IMG/VR virus record: IMGVR_UViG_3300018080_000003 | Span: 79,728-143,727 of that record | DNA from: a virus | Direction: 5' to 3' (one strand) | Length of the DNA: 64,000 bases | Shown here: piece by piece, positions 26,262 to 36,235 of the stretch | Layout: every line of letters starts with the position of its first letter | How positions within the stretch are numbered: the stretch's first letter is position 1 | The notes under the pieces: model-generated | Told to the model about the DNA's origin: nothing | What the model saw: only the letters and a program-made list of their open reading frames with translations | The model's database searches: none | Translations under genes and position numbers: made by a program

Positions 26262-26591
26262 ATGAACAAGGGAGACCGCGTCGGTGCCATCCTCGGCGCC
26301 GACTACGACAACGACACCGTCCAAGTGCTCGGGTACGGAACGTTTCAGGGCTACGAAGTGCCGCCGCCTGATGACGGCTGGATTGCCCAGGCGCTTCACG
26401 ACGTGAAGCAGACCAACGCGAAGATCCTCCTCGACACCGGAGAGGTCGTCTGGGGCTGCCAGTGCTGGTGGGGGCTGGAGAACGAGGTGAAAGAGAAGAT
26501 CGACCGCTTCAAGGACAACGGCTGGGAGATCAAACATACAACCATCGCTGCCGCGCTCGAAAAGGCCAAGGCAGAGGAGTCACTCGGATGA
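26262..26591 (+). CDS. Conserved phage hypothetical protein
   Basis: GDRVGAI...GYGTF.G...KILLDTGEVVWGCQCWWG. Confidence 0.75.
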   Translation: MNKGDRVGAILGADYDNDTVQVLGYGTFQGYEVPPPDDGWIAQALHDVKQTNAKILLDTGEVVWGCQCWWGLENEVKEKIDRFKDNGWEIKHTTIAAALEKAKAEESLG

Positions 26592-26860
26592 GAATCTACG
26601 CCATCTTCGGACAACGCAACTGCACCTATGAGGACGAGTACGCGCCCGAGCTTCTCGAAGCCTGGGACGAGTACGCCATCGATGAAAACGAGCAAGGCTG
26701 GGACGAGAAGCTCGACAAGTGGTTTTCGATGCAAGGGCCCAGCAAGGAGTTCTCCAAGATCGAAGTGTTCCACATCGAGGTCGACGAAGAGATGATCTAC
26801 AGGGTGCTGCGCACCTCACCCGAACTCGGCGCTCTCATCCAGAAGGCTCCGGCGTCATGA
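26588..26860 (+). CDS. Hypothetical acidic protein
   Basis: Coupled ORF. Confidence 0.7.
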   Translation: MRIYAIFGQRNCTYEDEYAPELLEAWDEYAIDENEQGWDEKLDKWFSMQGPSKEFSKIEVFHIEVDEEMIYRVLRTSPELGALIQKAPAS

Positions 26861-27282
26861 GCAGCGGCAACAAGTACGTGGACGGTGCCATCATCCGTGC
26901 GCTGGCTCAACTGGCGCGTGACCAGCACCTGATCGATGAGATCATCAACGACAGCATCGACCGAGGAGAGCTGGTTCAGCGAGCCAGTTACGAGCTGATG
27001 TTTCTGCGGGGCGGCTTCCCGAAGCACGTCGTCAAGCAGCGGAAGAAGAAGTGGATCAAGGTCAACCGTCACAACATCGACTTCAACAAGCGCCATGGCG
27101 ACAGCCGGCCTCCCTTGTCGGTGAAGCAGTCTGGAGAGCCCGTCATGAAGGGGCATCAACTCGTCGCCAAGCTTCCCAGCGGCAACGAGGCCTTCCGCGT
27201 CGTCTACAACCCCGACAAGCCCCTGAGCTGCGGGGCGACGGTGTGGATCGAGACCAACCTAGAAATCGAGGTCGTAGACTGA
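26857..27282 (+). CDS. Conserved phage hypothetical protein
   Basis: IKVNRHNI..N...VVYNPDKPLSCGATVWIET. Confidence 0.7.
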   Translation: MSSGNKYVDGAIIRALAQLARDQHLIDEIINDSIDRGELVQRASYELMFLRGGFPKHVVKQRKKKWIKVNRHNIDFNKRHGDSRPPLSVKQSGEPVMKGHQLVAKLPSGNEAFRVVYNPDKPLSCGATVWIETNLEIEVVD

Positions 27283-27283
27283 G

Positions 27284-27490
27284 ATGCCACAGTTTCCAAA
27301 CAAGGGTCATCGCATCTGGGCTGTCTTGATGCTCATATTTGGAGTCTTCCTCCTGCTCCCCCTCGCGGTCATCGTCGTGGCCACAATCTTGAGCCGGTTC
27401 GGAGACACTGGGAAGCTCTTGGCCATCCTCTTCATGGGCGCTGTCCTGGCGCGATGGATCTACAACCTCACAAAGAAGGAGCCGTCATGA
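27284..27490 (+). CDS. Small two-TM membrane protein
   Basis: Two hydrophobic helices. Confidence 0.65.
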   Translation: MPQFPNKGHRIWAVLMLIFGVFLLLPLAVIVVATILSRFGDTGKLLAILFMGAVLARWIYNLTKKEPS

Positions 27491-27813
27491 TGAATCTCTA
27501 CCAGAAGATGCAAGACACCGAGCCCGGCAGGTACGCCGTAGCCATCGCGGAGATCCTCTACGACCCGGGCCGCCTGAACCGGAAGGGCAACGACGAACTT
27601 CGGAAGGAGCTGACCAGGGCTCAGCACTACCTGGAAGCCATCGCACACGAGAAGCTCCGCAAGGAGCACCCCTGGATCGAGGGCTTCATCAGCGCCGCTA
27701 CACGAGAGATGAAAGAGGAGCTTCAGGGGCTGAAGAAAGAGCTTCAAGAGCTGAGAGAAGAGAACGAACGCCTTGAGCTTGAGAGCCGAGGCACCAGCGA
27801 CCTCATGACATGA
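27487..27813 (+). CDS. Coiled-coil hypothetical protein
   Basis: AAGGAG RBS. Confidence 0.7.
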   Translation: MMNLYQKMQDTEPGRYAVAIAEILYDPGRLNRKGNDELRKELTRAQHYLEAIAHEKLRKEHPWIEGFISAATREMKEELQGLKKELQELREENERLELESRGTSDLMT

Positions 27814-28058
27814 ACGGAAGCTGGATCCTCAAGCCCAAACTCTACCGGATGCTCCACGCCATCGGCCACCGCGTAGCCTTCGCCGACGAGGTGGATGGCC
27901 TCGACGACTGGATCATGCACCGGCTCACATGGGTCAAGACGCAAGCCAGACAATCAGGCTGGGATGAGGACCAGATCGATGAAGCCGTCATGGACGGGTT
28001 GGTCACTGGTCGGGCTGCAGCCTTTCAGCACTTGACCCAAGGACCAAGGCGGGTGTAA
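27810..28058 (+). CDS. Hypothetical protein
   Basis: Coupled ORF. Confidence 0.6.
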   Translation: MNGSWILKPKLYRMLHAIGHRVAFADEVDGLDDWIMHRLTWVKTQARQSGWDEDQIDEAVMDGLVTGRAAAFQHLTQGPRRV

Positions 28059-28069
28059 CGTGCGTTACA
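28032..28069 (+). promoter_or_regulatory. Promoter with a TGTAAC-N4-GTTACA box
   Basis: TTGACC, 18 bp, TAACGT; box at 28054-28069. Confidence 0.55.
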
Positions 28070-28082
28070 AAAGGGGAGCAAG

Positions 28083-28334
28083 ATGTCAACGAAGCGCGAG
28101 AGCTTCTTTCTAGAAACCGATCTTACGGTCGACGAGGCCGAAGAGCTAGACGCGGAGATGGCCATCGCAGAGCGACACCTGCTCTTTGCCCTTCAGGTCG
28201 CTCGGCGTGCGCGCCGCAACGACGTCAGCCGCTACCAGAAGAAGCTCCTCGACGATGTGCGAGCCATCCGTCGCATGACCGTCCCCGTCTGCAAGGCTGC
28301 GAAGAAGATTCAGAAGAAAGAACAAGCGAAGTGA
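28083..28334 (+). CDS. Hypothetical protein
   Basis: GGAG RBS. Confidence 0.7.
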   Translation: MSTKRESFFLETDLTVDEAEELDAEMAIAERHLLFALQVARRARRNDVSRYQKKLLDDVRAIRRMTVPVCKAAKKIQKKEQAK

Positions 28335-28804
28335 TCAACGGACCCTTTTCCTTCCGCATCCAGAACCTGCACGTGAAGCACGGCAAGATGACTTGGGTGG
28401 ACTCCGCCGCTGGCGGCTTCTTCAGTCACTTCGAGGACGCCTACAAGTGGGCTAAAGAGCATGCGGGTGACGAGGCCTTCTGGCGCGTCATGCCCTACAA
28501 ACCCTACATCATCGAGGGCCTCAATCCGGAGGCGAACGGCAAGCCTCGCGCACACGACAACGTCATCCAGATGCCAGACCCGATGGATGAAAAGCGAGGG
28601 CGCGTCGTGTTGGCCTTCCGAGAGATGCTCGCGATGGCAGAAAAAGGCGACATCCTCGACTACGTCACCGTCTGGGTCAAGCCAGGCGATCCTGAGTCTG
28701 TCAGTTGGCGCAGTGAGACGTCGAATGGAATCTTCCAACTCCTCGGCGCCATCAGCGTCTTCCGCGACCACATCGCGCGGAGAATTCTGGAGAGCAAGCG
28801 ATGA
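28331..28804 (+). CDS. Hypothetical protein
   Basis: GTGA-coupled. Confidence 0.65.
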   Translation: MINGPFSFRIQNLHVKHGKMTWVDSAAGGFFSHFEDAYKWAKEHAGDEAFWRVMPYKPYIIEGLNPEANGKPRAHDNVIQMPDPMDEKRGRVVLAFREMLAMAEKGDILDYVTVWVKPGDPESVSWRSETSNGIFQLLGAISVFRDHIARRILESKR

Positions 28805-29028
28805 ATGAAGAAGAGAGAAGCGATGACCTTCCTGAGGAGGGCTACTGCTATTGTGGCAGAACGCTGCCGATGTTCGCGTTCAGGCAGATGGAGAGCCAGT
28901 GTGACTCTCGTTACACTCATCGCTGCCTCTGCAAGCGCGTCTACCGCTACCACGCTCCTGAGCGAAGAGTCATGCATGTAAGCAACGACTACGCGGGGCC
29001 TGGAGAGAACCTCTACCTCGTTCACTGA
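28801..29028 (+). CDS. Small Cys-rich Zn-ribbon protein
   Basis: CYCG...CLC. Confidence 0.6.
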   Translation: MNEEERSDDLPEEGYCYCGRTLPMFAFRQMESQCDSRYTHRCLCKRVYRYHAPERRVMHVSNDYAGPGENLYLVH

Positions 29029-29318
29029 TGTTTGAGCCCGGTCGGACGTGGGACGACACCGTCGACAAGCTTGAAGAGCGTGGCCTGCTTCAGCTGGCTC
29101 ACACCATCTGTGAGAGAAACCATGTCACCATCGACGAACTGTGCGGGCGAAGCCGCCTGCAGCACGTCGCGCTCGCGAGGTTTCATCTGTGGTTCTACCT
29201 CTACACGAAAAAGAACATGTCGACGCGAGCCATCGGGTTTCTGTTCGGGATGGATCGAACCTCAGTCATGAACGGCATCAAAGTGTACGGAGAAAGCATC
29301 TGTGAGAACCTTGAGTGA
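29028..29318 (+). CDS. DnaA C-terminal (domain IV)-like HTH protein
   Basis: GRSRLQHVALAR...STRAIGFLFGMDRTSVMNG resembles the DnaA IGxxFGxRDHTTV signature. Confidence 0.75.
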   Translation: MFEPGRTWDDTVDKLEERGLLQLAHTICERNHVTIDELCGRSRLQHVALARFHLWFYLYTKKNMSTRAIGFLFGMDRTSVMNGIKVYGESICENLE

Positions 29319-30000
29319 CAGACAGCTTCTGAGAAAGTACGAGGACCAGGAGTACGGGCTCAGTTCTTCCGAGCGAGAGCGTGTCGCAGTGCTTCTCCGA
29401 AGACGCTACAGCTACCAGTTCATCCAGCGAGAGAATGAGGAATGCACAGCCGGCATCAAGCGACAGCTCGGCATCATCGCGAAAATGAGCGGCTTCACCA
29501 TCAGCTGGGGCATGAAACCAGGCCGCAACTACGACGACGGTTATGGCAAGAAGAAGGTCTTCTCCTACGAAGGGTCTCAGCGCAAGATCGCCGGATCGCG
29601 CTCTGCCAGCGATGTCATCCACGACGTCGCCCACTACCTCGTCTGCAGCGAAGAAAGGCGAGACGTGCACAACTTCGGCCTGGGCCCAGCACCTGACGAC
29701 TTCTCCCGCACGGCAGATTCGCCCGAGCTGGTCAAGGGCCAGGCGGCCTCACACGAAGAAGAGATGGCTTCCCTGCTTGGGATCCTCATCGAAGCACACC
29801 TCGGCGTCCGCTTCACCGGCACGCTCATAGAACACAACTGGGACGAGCACGAGAAGCTCCTGGACATGCTCGCCATCCTTCAGAAGAAGGGCCATGTCCA
29901 CGGGCACATCCCCGTCATCTGCAAGCAAGCCGGCCTGGCCCGCATCAACCACATCAAGCTCACCAAGAAAGCACATCATGATCATTGGTCTATCCGGTAA
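29302..30000 (+). CDS. EpmC/YfcM (EF-P hydroxylase)-like metal-binding protein
   Basis: VIHDVAHYLVCSEERR.V.NFGLG...EE resembles EpmC HEIxHWCIAG..RR...DFGY. Tentative. Confidence 0.5.
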   Translation: MRTLSDRQLLRKYEDQEYGLSSSERERVAVLLRRRYSYQFIQRENEECTAGIKRQLGIIAKMSGFTISWGMKPGRNYDDGYGKKKVFSYEGSQRKIAGSRSASDVIHDVAHYLVCSEERRDVHNFGLGPAPDDFSRTADSPELVKGQAASHEEEMASLLGILIEAHLGVRFTGTLIEHNWDEHEKLLDMLAILQKKGHVHGHIPVICKQAGLARINHIKLTKKAHHDHWSIR

Positions 30001-30634
30001 GGCAGGCTCGGGGAAAGACACCCTGGCACGCATGCTCGCAGAAAGCCGCGAGCAAGCTGTCGTTCGCATGGCCATCGCCGATCCGATGAAGGTCTTCATC
30101 CAGCAACTCTACCCCGGAGCGTTCACCGACGAAGACCTGTGGGGGGCGTCCGAGAAGCGTGAGAAGGTGTATGAACCAGTCGGGAAGACGCTACGTCAGA
30201 TCCTACAGGAGCTGGGCGACAAAGGCCGTCAAATCGACCCGAACATCTGGGCTCGGCCCGCTGTCCGGAAGGCGCAGAGGCTCATCATGAGCGGGCGGAT
30301 TGGGCTTGGGCTCGGCTACTCGCGAAAGAAAGGCGTCTACTACCATGGCGGGCGTGTCCCTTGCGACATCGTCTGCATCACGGACTGCAGGTTCTCGAAC
30401 GAGATCGATCGGATCAAGGACATCGGAGGCATGATGGTGCGCATCAAGCGCAAAGGCTCGGGCCTCAAGGGAGACGGCGCCAGTCACATCACCGAAACGG
30501 CGATGGACGAAGTCCCCGACAAAAGATTCCACATCGTCATTGAGAACGACGGGAACGGTCTCGAAGGCCTTCAGATCGCAGCCGACGTGATCCTCAAGGA
30601 CGCGATGAAGCTCGAACCGGTTCAGGTCGGATGA
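29978..30634 (+). CDS. Deoxynucleoside monophosphate kinase (phage type)
   Basis: IIGLSGKAGSGKDT, ADPMK, RQILQELG, ITDCRFSNE, HITE. Confidence 0.88.
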   Translation: MIIGLSGKAGSGKDTLARMLAESREQAVVRMAIADPMKVFIQQLYPGAFTDEDLWGASEKREKVYEPVGKTLRQILQELGDKGRQIDPNIWARPAVRKAQRLIMSGRIGLGLGYSRKKGVYYHGGRVPCDIVCITDCRFSNEIDRIKDIGGMMVRIKRKGSGLKGDGASHITETAMDEVPDKRFHIVIENDGNGLEGLQIAADVILKDAMKLEPVQVG

Positions 30635-30751
30635 CCACTTCACTGGTCACCAGCAGCGCCTTCACCACACAGCGCTTGCACCAGGGACCCTTCGTCGTAC
30701 GGCCCATAACGCTCTGACAGCGTGCACACTTCTTCATCGGAAAAACTCCTG

Positions 30752-31117
30752 ATGCCTCGAAAGTTGAAAGACCTTACTGGCCTTCGGTTCGACACGCAAC
30801 TCGTCCTCCGAAGGTCTGGAAATGACAGGGTCTACGAGACCGCGACCGGCCCGAGGAGTCAAGTCTACTGGGTCGTTCACTGCGGAGCTTGCAACAGCCA
30901 GCGAGAAGTGCAGGGCAATACCCTAAAACGAGGCGTCAAGTGCCCTTGCCAGCGCAAGAAGAACGCTCGGCGGATGAAGAAAGACACGAAGATTCAAGAG
31001 ATGAGCAGCCGAGCCATCTGCGCTGAGGTCTCGAAGACCCTCGCAGGCAACGTCCCCCCTCTGGTCTACGACCGGATCCTACGACTCATTCTCGAACTAG
31101 ACCGGAGAGCCAATTGA
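30752..31117 (+). CDS. Protein with the N-terminal Cys motif typical of phage HNH/AP2 endonucleases; no HNH domain seen
   Basis: DLTGLRF...WVVHCGAC...LKRG..CPC. Confidence 0.55.
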   Translation: MPRKLKDLTGLRFDTQLVLRRSGNDRVYETATGPRSQVYWVVHCGACNSQREVQGNTLKRGVKCPCQRKKNARRMKKDTKIQEMSSRAICAEVSKTLAGNVPPLVYDRILRLILELDRRAN

Positions 31118-31473
31118 AAGACGAAGAGAAGGAACAGTGCATCGACCTGCTCAAGGAACTCTCCATCGAAGAGTACCTCGACCGCGCAATCACAAGCATC
31201 AACGAGATGACCTTGCCCCCGTTCTTGACCCAGATGGTCAGCACCGCCTCGTGCTGCCCTCTGACTCGCGTCGTCATGCTCGACGCCATCCGTGCCGTCA
31301 TCGTCGTCGAGATGAAGCACTACCTCAAAGACGACGAAGAAAAGCTGAAGCGCTTTGAAAAGCTCTGCGACACCAGCCCCAAGTTCTGCGAAGAGTGGAT
31401 GACTGTCGCGACCATGGCTGAACTCGAAGCTGCAAAAGCGAACCAGAAGAAAGCCAAGAAAGACCTCAACTGA
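31114..31473 (+). CDS. Hypothetical protein
   Basis: TTG start; coupled. Confidence 0.6.
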   Translation: MKDEEKEQCIDLLKELSIEEYLDRAITSINEMTLPPFLTQMVSTASCCPLTRVVMLDAIRAVIVVEMKHYLKDDEEKLKRFEKLCDTSPKFCEEWMTVATMAELEAAKANQKKAKKDLN

Positions 31474-32417
31474 TGACCTTCAAAGCCCCGCAACGTGATC
31501 AGATCACTCGCATCATTAGCCACCGAAGCTGCGCCGACGGCATCGCATCTGCCCTCATCCTTCGCGCTTGCTACCCTGACGCGCGCGTCGAATTCGTCCA
31601 GCACGAAGCGCCCAGTCAGAGGGAGCTAGACCCCAGTGACGGCTGCGCCATCTTCTGCGACATCACGCCTCACGAAAGCAACGCTCAGGCCTTCGCGGAC
31701 GCAGGTCACTACTGCCTCGACCACCACAAGACCCAGAAACACGTCGTCGAGATGTTCGGCGACCACGGTCTCTTCGCCGAAGAAAGCGAACGCACCAGCG
31801 GCGCCGGCCTTGCCTTCAGGGTCTTCGAGCAACGCATGCCGCTCTACGAGCGGAAGGAAGAGCTTCGCGACTTCGCCGAGCTAGCCTGCATCTACGACAC
31901 CTGGGTACGTGACAGCCCTCGCTGGAAAGAAGCCTCAGATCAAGCTGGCTACCTTCACTTCCTCGGACAGGAGCGCGCCATGGCCCGAAAGACCATCGCA
32001 CTGACCAACGAAGAGAAGATGTTCGCCCGAGTCCTCAGTGAGCGCCTGCTCGAAAACGCCAAGAAGGCCTACGAAGAGCGACTTCTGCCCATCGGCAACT
32101 TTGGCGTCTTTGCCGACGACGAAGAAGGGCGACTCATCAACGAAGTTGCCGACCATGCCCGGGCTGTCGGCTCAAGTTACACCGCCATCATCGGCTTCCA
32201 GACGAAGCCCCAAGACAAGGAAACCCTCCGCTACAAGTTCAGCGTCCGGCGAGTTGATCCCACCTACGACTGCAGCAAGGCCACCAAGGTCTTCGGTGGC
32301 GGCGGTCACAGTGGTGCTGGGGGCTTTTCTACCCTAAGCGCCTTCAGCCAAAGTGGATTCGACTTCGTATCCGAAAACTATGAAGGATTCTGCGAGGGTA
32401 TCAAAGGCTGGCGGTAG
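31473..32417 (+). CDS. DHH/DHHA1 phosphoesterase (nanoRNase-like)
   Basis: HRSCADG, FCD, LDHH, SGAGL, GGGGHSGAGG. Confidence 0.88.
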   Translation: MTFKAPQRDQITRIISHRSCADGIASALILRACYPDARVEFVQHEAPSQRELDPSDGCAIFCDITPHESNAQAFADAGHYCLDHHKTQKHVVEMFGDHGLFAEESERTSGAGLAFRVFEQRMPLYERKEELRDFAELACIYDTWVRDSPRWKEASDQAGYLHFLGQERAMARKTIALTNEEKMFARVLSERLLENAKKAYEERLLPIGNFGVFADDEEGRLINEVADHARAVGSSYTAIIGFQTKPQDKETLRYKFSVRRVDPTYDCSKATKVFGGGGHSGAGGFSTLSAFSQSGFDFVSENYEGFCEGIKGWR

Positions 32418-32423
32418 CCCACC

Positions 32424-32645
32424 TCAGGGGGCCGCGCCCACTGCCGAGTCGATCCAACCCGGAAGAGGGACTTCAGCTTCCGAATCCAGCGAGTGGAACT
32501 TCCGAATGATCACCTTGAGGCTGTCCGTCGACTCAGCAGGGGCCGAGCTGAGGGGTGTGCCCTGGTTGATGGCCGTTTCTTGGAGCCAGGTACGCCAGGC
32601 GTTCAGCTCGTCCGTCTCTTCTTGCGTCAGGTTCGGGAGAGGCAT
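32424..32645 (-). CDS. Hypothetical protein
   Basis: GAGGT RBS; divergent from the fibre gene. Confidence 0.55.
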   Translation of the reverse strand: MPLPNLTQEETDELNAWRTWLQETAINQGTPLSSAPAESTDSLKVIIRKFHSLDSEAEVPLPGWIDSAVGAAP

Positions 32646-32731
32646 AGCCCAGAAAGCCTAGCACCTCTCCGTTCGCCCTCATAGCCCCAACCTGGTATCC
32701 TCTCTGGGAGCTACCCGGAGAACCAAAAGAC

Positions 32732-35700
32732 ATGGCAGATGAAGGAAGCTGGGGCTTCAAGGGTTTCGGTGCGCGAGCGCTGGAGCTTCCCTCGGGGCAG
32801 GACGTCGAAGTTTCACCCGCTGATCGAGGGCGCCTGCGTTACAACGCGACGACCAGTCAGCTGGAGTTCTCCGCCAACGGAGGCGCCTACGCCGCACTCG
32901 GCATGGGCGGTGCCAGCCCCTGGCTCAGTGCCGCAGGCGTGACTCGGCTCCAGAACATCACAGACGATGTAGCCATTGGTGCGACCACCATGGCCGGCTC
33001 CGAGAAACTTCGCATCATCGGCGATGTGCGTGTTGAGTCCCAGGTTCAAGTGACTGAAATCACTTCAGTGCCCGGCTCTGCCCTCGATCTCGAAATCTCA
33101 GCCGACACCGGTAACGTCAACATGACGCTCACCGGTGGGTCTGGCTTCCGTGCTCAGAATGGCGTCGGTGACCCTCTCATCCGAGCGGTGCCTACGGGTC
33201 AAATCCTTCTCGGCGATCCTGCGATTCCGCTCTCCGGCGTCGACATCAGCGCTGACATCACGCTCGTGGAAGGCGACGAGCTGAACTACCGCGCCTCCGG
33301 CTCCACCGACAACCTGATCAGAGCTGAAGCGACCACCAACACCTTCAACGTGGGGCAGCTCGCGCCCCTCTTGGAAGTCGATCAGGTCAACGTCGGCACT
33401 CAGGTGCTCAATGCAGCGGCCTCTCCCAACGCGTTCCAGGTCGTCCAAGGCGCCAACAACTACCTGAATATCGACACCGCTGGCGGGGTCATTCAGATCG
33501 GTTCCACCGGCGGCACAGGCTCCACCCTAACCTTCGACGGGACAACCGGGTCCACCACCCTGGACTCTGAGCTGAACCAGGCCGCATCCTTCGTCCTTAC
33601 CGACGGCACCGACGACGCCATCGTCTTCGACGCCACCACCGGTGGTAAAAACCTCTCTCTCGGTGGTCCAAACATCGAGGTCGTCGTTCCCGGAAACAAT
33701 AACATTCGCATCGACGGGGGCTCTCTCTGCCTCGTTGAAAGAGCCACAGATCCGGCGGCCGTCGCCAACGAGGGCAAGGTCTACACGAAGGATGTTCTGG
33801 GCGTCACCGAGCTGTTCTACCGAGACTCAGCTGGCAACGTGCGGCAACTCACACCACCCGCAACAGGCGGCGCTCCGGGTGGCGCGAACACCAACGTTCA
33901 GTTCAACGACGCCGGGAGCTTCAACGGAAACGCCAACTTCACCTTCGATGGCACCAACGTCGACATCGCGACACAGCTCTCGGTGCCTGTCGTCCAAGGG
34001 ACTGGCGCGACTTTGGCTGTCGGAAACGGTGCAAGCGATCTGACGCTTCAAGGTGTCCCCGGCTCTGGAACGCTCTTCAGCTTGAGCGGAACCAACCCAT
34101 ACCTGACCATCGACGACAACACCAACGACATCGTCGTCGGCAACACCACCGACAACCCTGACCTGGAATTCTCCGGGAGCGGCAACGTCGCTCTCACCGG
34201 CGGAAGTCAGATCCTCTTCACCGAGCGCGTGGGTGACCCAACCCCCGCGGCCAACGTCGGTCAGGTCTACACCAAGGACGTCGCCGGTCAGACCGAGCTG
34301 TTCTACATCGACGCCGCTGGCAACGTCCGGCAGCTCACCCCGCCCGCAACCGGAGCGCCTGGTGGCGTCAACACCAACGTCCAGTACAACAACGCTGGTT
34401 CCTTCGACGGCAACAACAACTTCACGTTCGACGGGACTGCTGTCACGATCGCTACGCGTGTTGAGGTGCCCACGGTTCAAGGTACAGCTGGCAGCCTCGA
34501 ACTCGGCAACGGTGTGAGCAACATCACGATGACCGCTACACCGGCGTCGGCTACGGCCATCACGATCGGAACCTCGAACACCTACATCGCTATCGACGAC
34601 GCCGCAGGCAGCATGGTTCTGGGCAACGCACTGTCGAACCCCAGTCTGGAGATCGCAGGCTCGGGCGACATCGCCATCACTGGCGGGACACAGTTGGTGA
34701 TCACCGAGCGCGTCGGCGACCCTGGCGCTGCCGCCAACACCGGCAAGCTCTACACCAAGGACACCGCTGGCACGACCGAGCTATTCTACCAGGACAGCGC
34801 CGGTAACGTTCGGCAGCTCACGCCTGGTGGCGGTGGCGGAACGCCTGGTGGCGCCAACACTCAGGTCCAGTTCAACAACGCAGGCTCCTTCGACGGGAGT
34901 GCCAACTTCACGTTCGATGGAACCACCATCACGCTCGGGCCCGTCTCGGGAGTCTCGACCATCGAGACCGACATCAACATCGCGGACAACACCAACAACG
35001 CGTTCCTCGTCCGCGAAAACATCAACAACTACATCGAAATCGACACCTTCACCGCTGCCGAATCGATGTCATTCGGCAACGGTGGCGCTAACACCCCCTC
35101 GATGCTCTTCACGATCCGTGCAGCCAACAACAGTTGGCGGATCACTGAAGCCGGTACGTCGCGAGACTACATCAACATCAACGCAGGCGGCTCGAACAAC
35201 ATCGAGCTGGGAAACATCACCGGCGCTCCGAGCGTCGACATCGTTGGTGACGGTGGCCTGTACCTCCGTGGCGACAACCTCAACGATGGTTCGTTCCTCG
35301 ACATCCGAGAGCGCACCAGCGGACCTCCCCCCACGGCAGCTCAGCGTGGTCAACTCTTCACACTCGACGTCTCGACGGTGACCGAGCTGTTCTACCAAGA
35401 CAACACAGGAGCCAGCACTCAGCTCACGTCCGGAGGTGGCGCAGTTGTCGGCTCCACAATCATCATCAACGACAACCAGACCCAGGCCTTCAGCGTTCGT
35501 GAGGCCGCGAACAGCTACATCGACGTCAACACCACGAACGGGGCAGAGGCGATCACTTGGGGCAACGGGAATACCGATCCGTCCTTCTTCTTTGCAGGGG
35601 CGCCTGGACCCATCGACATCGACGTCTCTCCGGCCACTCCAGGTGCCAACGTCGACATGTGGACGGCCAACGCCGGAAGTCTGACCATCGGTAACACTGC

Positions 35701-36055
35701 TGGTGGCGGACCCACCACGATGCTGTCTACGACGGGATTCCTCTTCGAGACGACCGGTACCGTAGCATTCGATGTCACCGCAGCTGCGACGGGCAACAGC
35801 GTGAACCTGTTCACCGGCAACGCTGGCAACGTATCGATCGGCGTCTCCGGGCTCCAGACCCAGGTGTCGAGCAACTTCCGCGCAAACGAGAACGCGATCA
35901 TCGCTGGAGCGGCGACAGACACTGTCGGGTTCTATGGTGCAGCTGGCATCACGCGACCTACCGTCACTGGCTCTCGGGGCGGCAACGTCGCTCTCGCAAA
36001 CCTTTTGACTCAGCTAGACAACATGGGCTTGATCCAAAACAGCACGACGCCCTAA
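32732..36055 (+). CDS. Repeat-built fibre/spike-like virion protein (1107 aa)
   Basis: Gly/Thr/Asn-rich. Three full and one partial copies of GKVYTKD..G.TELFY.D.AGNVRQLTP..PGG.NT.VQFN..GSF.G..NFTFDG; C-terminal VGFYGA...L..LL..L...GLI. Confidence 0.75.
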   Translation: MADEGSWGFKGFGARALELPSGQDVEVSPADRGRLRYNATTSQLEFSANGGAYAALGMGGASPWLSAAGVTRLQNITDDVAIGATTMAGSEKLRIIGDVRVESQVQVTEITSVPGSALDLEISADTGNVNMTLTGGSGFRAQNGVGDPLIRAVPTGQILLGDPAIPLSGVDISADITLVEGDELNYRASGSTDNLIRAEATTNTFNVGQLAPLLEVDQVNVGTQVLNAAASPNAFQVVQGANNYLNIDTAGGVIQIGSTGGTGSTLTFDGTTGSTTLDSELNQAASFVLTDGTDDAIVFDATTGGKNLSLGGPNIEVVVPGNNNIRIDGGSLCLVERATDPAAVANEGKVYTKDVLGVTELFYRDSAGNVRQLTPPATGGAPGGANTNVQFNDAGSFNGNANFTFDGTNVDIATQLSVPVVQGTGATLAVGNGASDLTLQGVPGSGTLFSLSGTNPYLTIDDNTNDIVVGNTTDNPDLEFSGSGNVALTGGSQILFTERVGDPTPAANVGQVYTKDVAGQTELFYIDAAGNVRQLTPPATGAPGGVNTNVQYNNAGSFDGNNNFTFDGTAVTIATRVEVPTVQGTAGSLELGNGVSNITMTATPASATAITIGTSNTYIAIDDAAGSMVLGNALSNPSLEIAGSGDIAITGGTQLVITERVGDPGAAANTGKLYTKDTAGTTELFYQDSAGNVRQLTPGGGGGTPGGANTQVQFNNAGSFDGSANFTFDGTTITLGPVSGVSTIETDINIADNTNNAFLVRENINNYIEIDTFTAAESMSFGNGGANTPSMLFTIRAANNSWRITEAGTSRDYININAGGSNNIELGNITGAPSVDIVGDGGLYLRGDNLNDGSFLDIRERTSGPPPTAAQRGQLFTLDVSTVTELFYQDNTGASTQLTSGGGAVVGSTIIINDNQTQAFSVREAANSYIDVNTTNGAEAITWGNGNTDPSFFFAGAPGPIDIDVSPATPGANVDMWTANAGSLTIGNTAGGGPTTMLSTTGFLFETTGTVAFDVTAAATGNSVNLFTGNAGNVSIGVSGLQTQVSSNFRANENAIIAGAATDTVGFYGAAGITRPTVTGSRGGNVALANLLTQLDNMGLIQNSTTP

Positions 36056-36147
36056 GATGAGGGCAGACTCCTAGCGAGGCACGAACACCAGACGCCGCAG
36101 TTTGGCTGCGGCGTCACGGCGCCCGCTTTGCTAGCGAGATTGCGAGA

Positions 36148-36195
36148 GCCAGGGAGGAGTATCAGGTGTTCCTTTTTCCCTGGCTCTCCCCTTTT
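36148..36195 (+). terminator. Probable intrinsic terminator after the fibre gene
   Basis: GAGAGCCAGGGA/TCCCTGGCTCTC stem followed by CCCTTTTG; a second GC hairpin lies at about 36091-36115. Confidence 0.5.
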
Positions 36196-36235
36196 GTGCG
36201 CTAGTATGTTACGGTCGTAACTTGAAAGGGAAGAC

